Shown here: piece after piece, positions 63,576 to 64,000 of the stretch
Position numbering within the stretch: the first letter of the stretch is position 1
Layout: every line of letters starts with the position of its first letter
Source: an uncultured Thermoleophilia bacterium
GTDB lineage: Bacteria; Actinomycetota; Thermoleophilia; UBA2241
Length of the DNA: 64,000 bases
Assembly (NCBI GenBank): GCA_963695395.1
Contig: CAVOGK010000040.1
Coordinates: forward strand, 17,699-81,698
Direction: 5' to 3'
The notes under the pieces: generated by a model
What the model was told of the DNA's origin: nothing
The model's input: the letters and a program-made list of their open reading frames with translations, nothing else
The model's database searches: none
Made by a program: the position numbers and the translations under genes

Positions 63576-64000
63576 CTAGCTCTCCTCGTTCATGCGTCGC
63601 AGCTCAGCGGCGAGCGCCGGAGCCAGCTTGTACAGGTCGCCGACCAGCGTGTAGTCGGCCTCTTCGCACATGGGGCAGTCCGGATCCTTGTTGATGGCGA
63701 CGATCACGCGTGACGAGCCCATGCCGGCGAAGTGCTGGATCGCTCCGGAGATCCCGCAGGCGACATAGAGATTGGGCGAGACGGCCTTGCCCGTCTGCCC
63801 GACCTGGTGATCGACGCTGATCCACCCGGAATCCACGGCGACGCGGGACGCACCGACGGCTCCGCCCAGGGCATCCGCCAGTTCCTCGATCACCGCGAAC
63901 CCCTGCGCGTCACCGAGGCCGCGGCCGCCCGAAACGATGATCTCCGCCTCTTGGAGGCTCACACGACCGCCAGTCTTGACCGACGTCTCCACGACCGTCG
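63576..64000 (-). CDS. etfA: Electron transfer flavoprotein alpha subunit, C-terminal part (gene continues past the right edge)
   Basis: [10 protein letters not shown]...[11 protein letters not shown]...[41 protein letters not shown]. Stop is 4 nt before the EtfD-like start. Confidence 0.85.
   Translation of the reverse strand, partial: TVVETSVKTGGRVSLQEAEIIVSGGRGLGDAQGFAVIEELADALGGAVGASRVAVDSGWISVDHQVGQTGKAVSPNLYVACGISGAIQHFAGMGSSRVIVAINKDPDCPMCEEADYTLVGDLYKLAPALAAELRRMNEES

Overview
Very GC-rich bacterial chromosomal segment. I found no rRNA, CRISPR array or recognisable mobile element, and almost every credible gene is on the minus strand. All calls come from reading the supplied ORF translations and the DNA by eye; no searches were run.

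Gene content, left to right:
1. 1-5.7 kb: a corrinoid methyltransferase operon. It holds an AsnC regulator, a B12-binding corrinoid protein, a pyrrolysine-free MtmB-like protein, a pyrrolysine-free MttB-family protein, a class-III aminotransferase and a partial ORF.
2. 6-11.5 kb: membrane proteins, including a FUSC-like/K+-channel fusion, a decayed phosphoesterase, and two AI-2E permeases flanking a tRNA(CAU).
3. 11.6-21.3 kb: a LAL regulator, an acyl-CoA dehydrogenase, FixC, FixX, EtfB and EtfA, followed by DUF3870 and a two-subunit CoA-transferase.
4. 21.9-42.8 kb: a housekeeping block with Firmicutes-like order. It contains tRNA-Asn, a B12/radical-SAM-like protein, two tandem sigma-70 genes, dnaG, a multiply frame-broken ppdK, glyS, glyQ, recO, prmC, prfA, DUF1385, thyX, rpmE and rho.
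5. 43.2-53.9 kb: a carbon-metabolism string. It contains 2-phosphoglycerate kinase, cyclic 2,3-diphosphoglycerate synthetase, a metallophosphoesterase, a debranching-type glucosidase, an archaeal-type PGM-like protein, PPi-type PFK, hom and lysA.
6. 55.5-64 kb: a second corrinoid system that looks like one operon. It contains EtfA (partial), an EtfD-like membrane Fe-S oxidoreductase, a RACo-type reductive activator, an MtrH-like methyltransferase, a URO-D-family methyltransferase, a corrinoid protein and a second URO-D-family methyltransferase.

Most interesting observations:
- The Pyl-free MtmB/MttB pair, with Gln (CAG) at the position that aligns with the pyrrolysine UAG.
- The ETF/EtfD-linked corrinoid activation and methyltransfer operon.
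- A bacterial cpgS/2-PGK pair, which is the archaeal cDPG extremolyte pathway.

Caveat: about 20 frame breaks occur in 11 or more otherwise recognisable genes. They may be homopolymer assembly errors or real gene decay, and this limits how far any functional inference can be taken.
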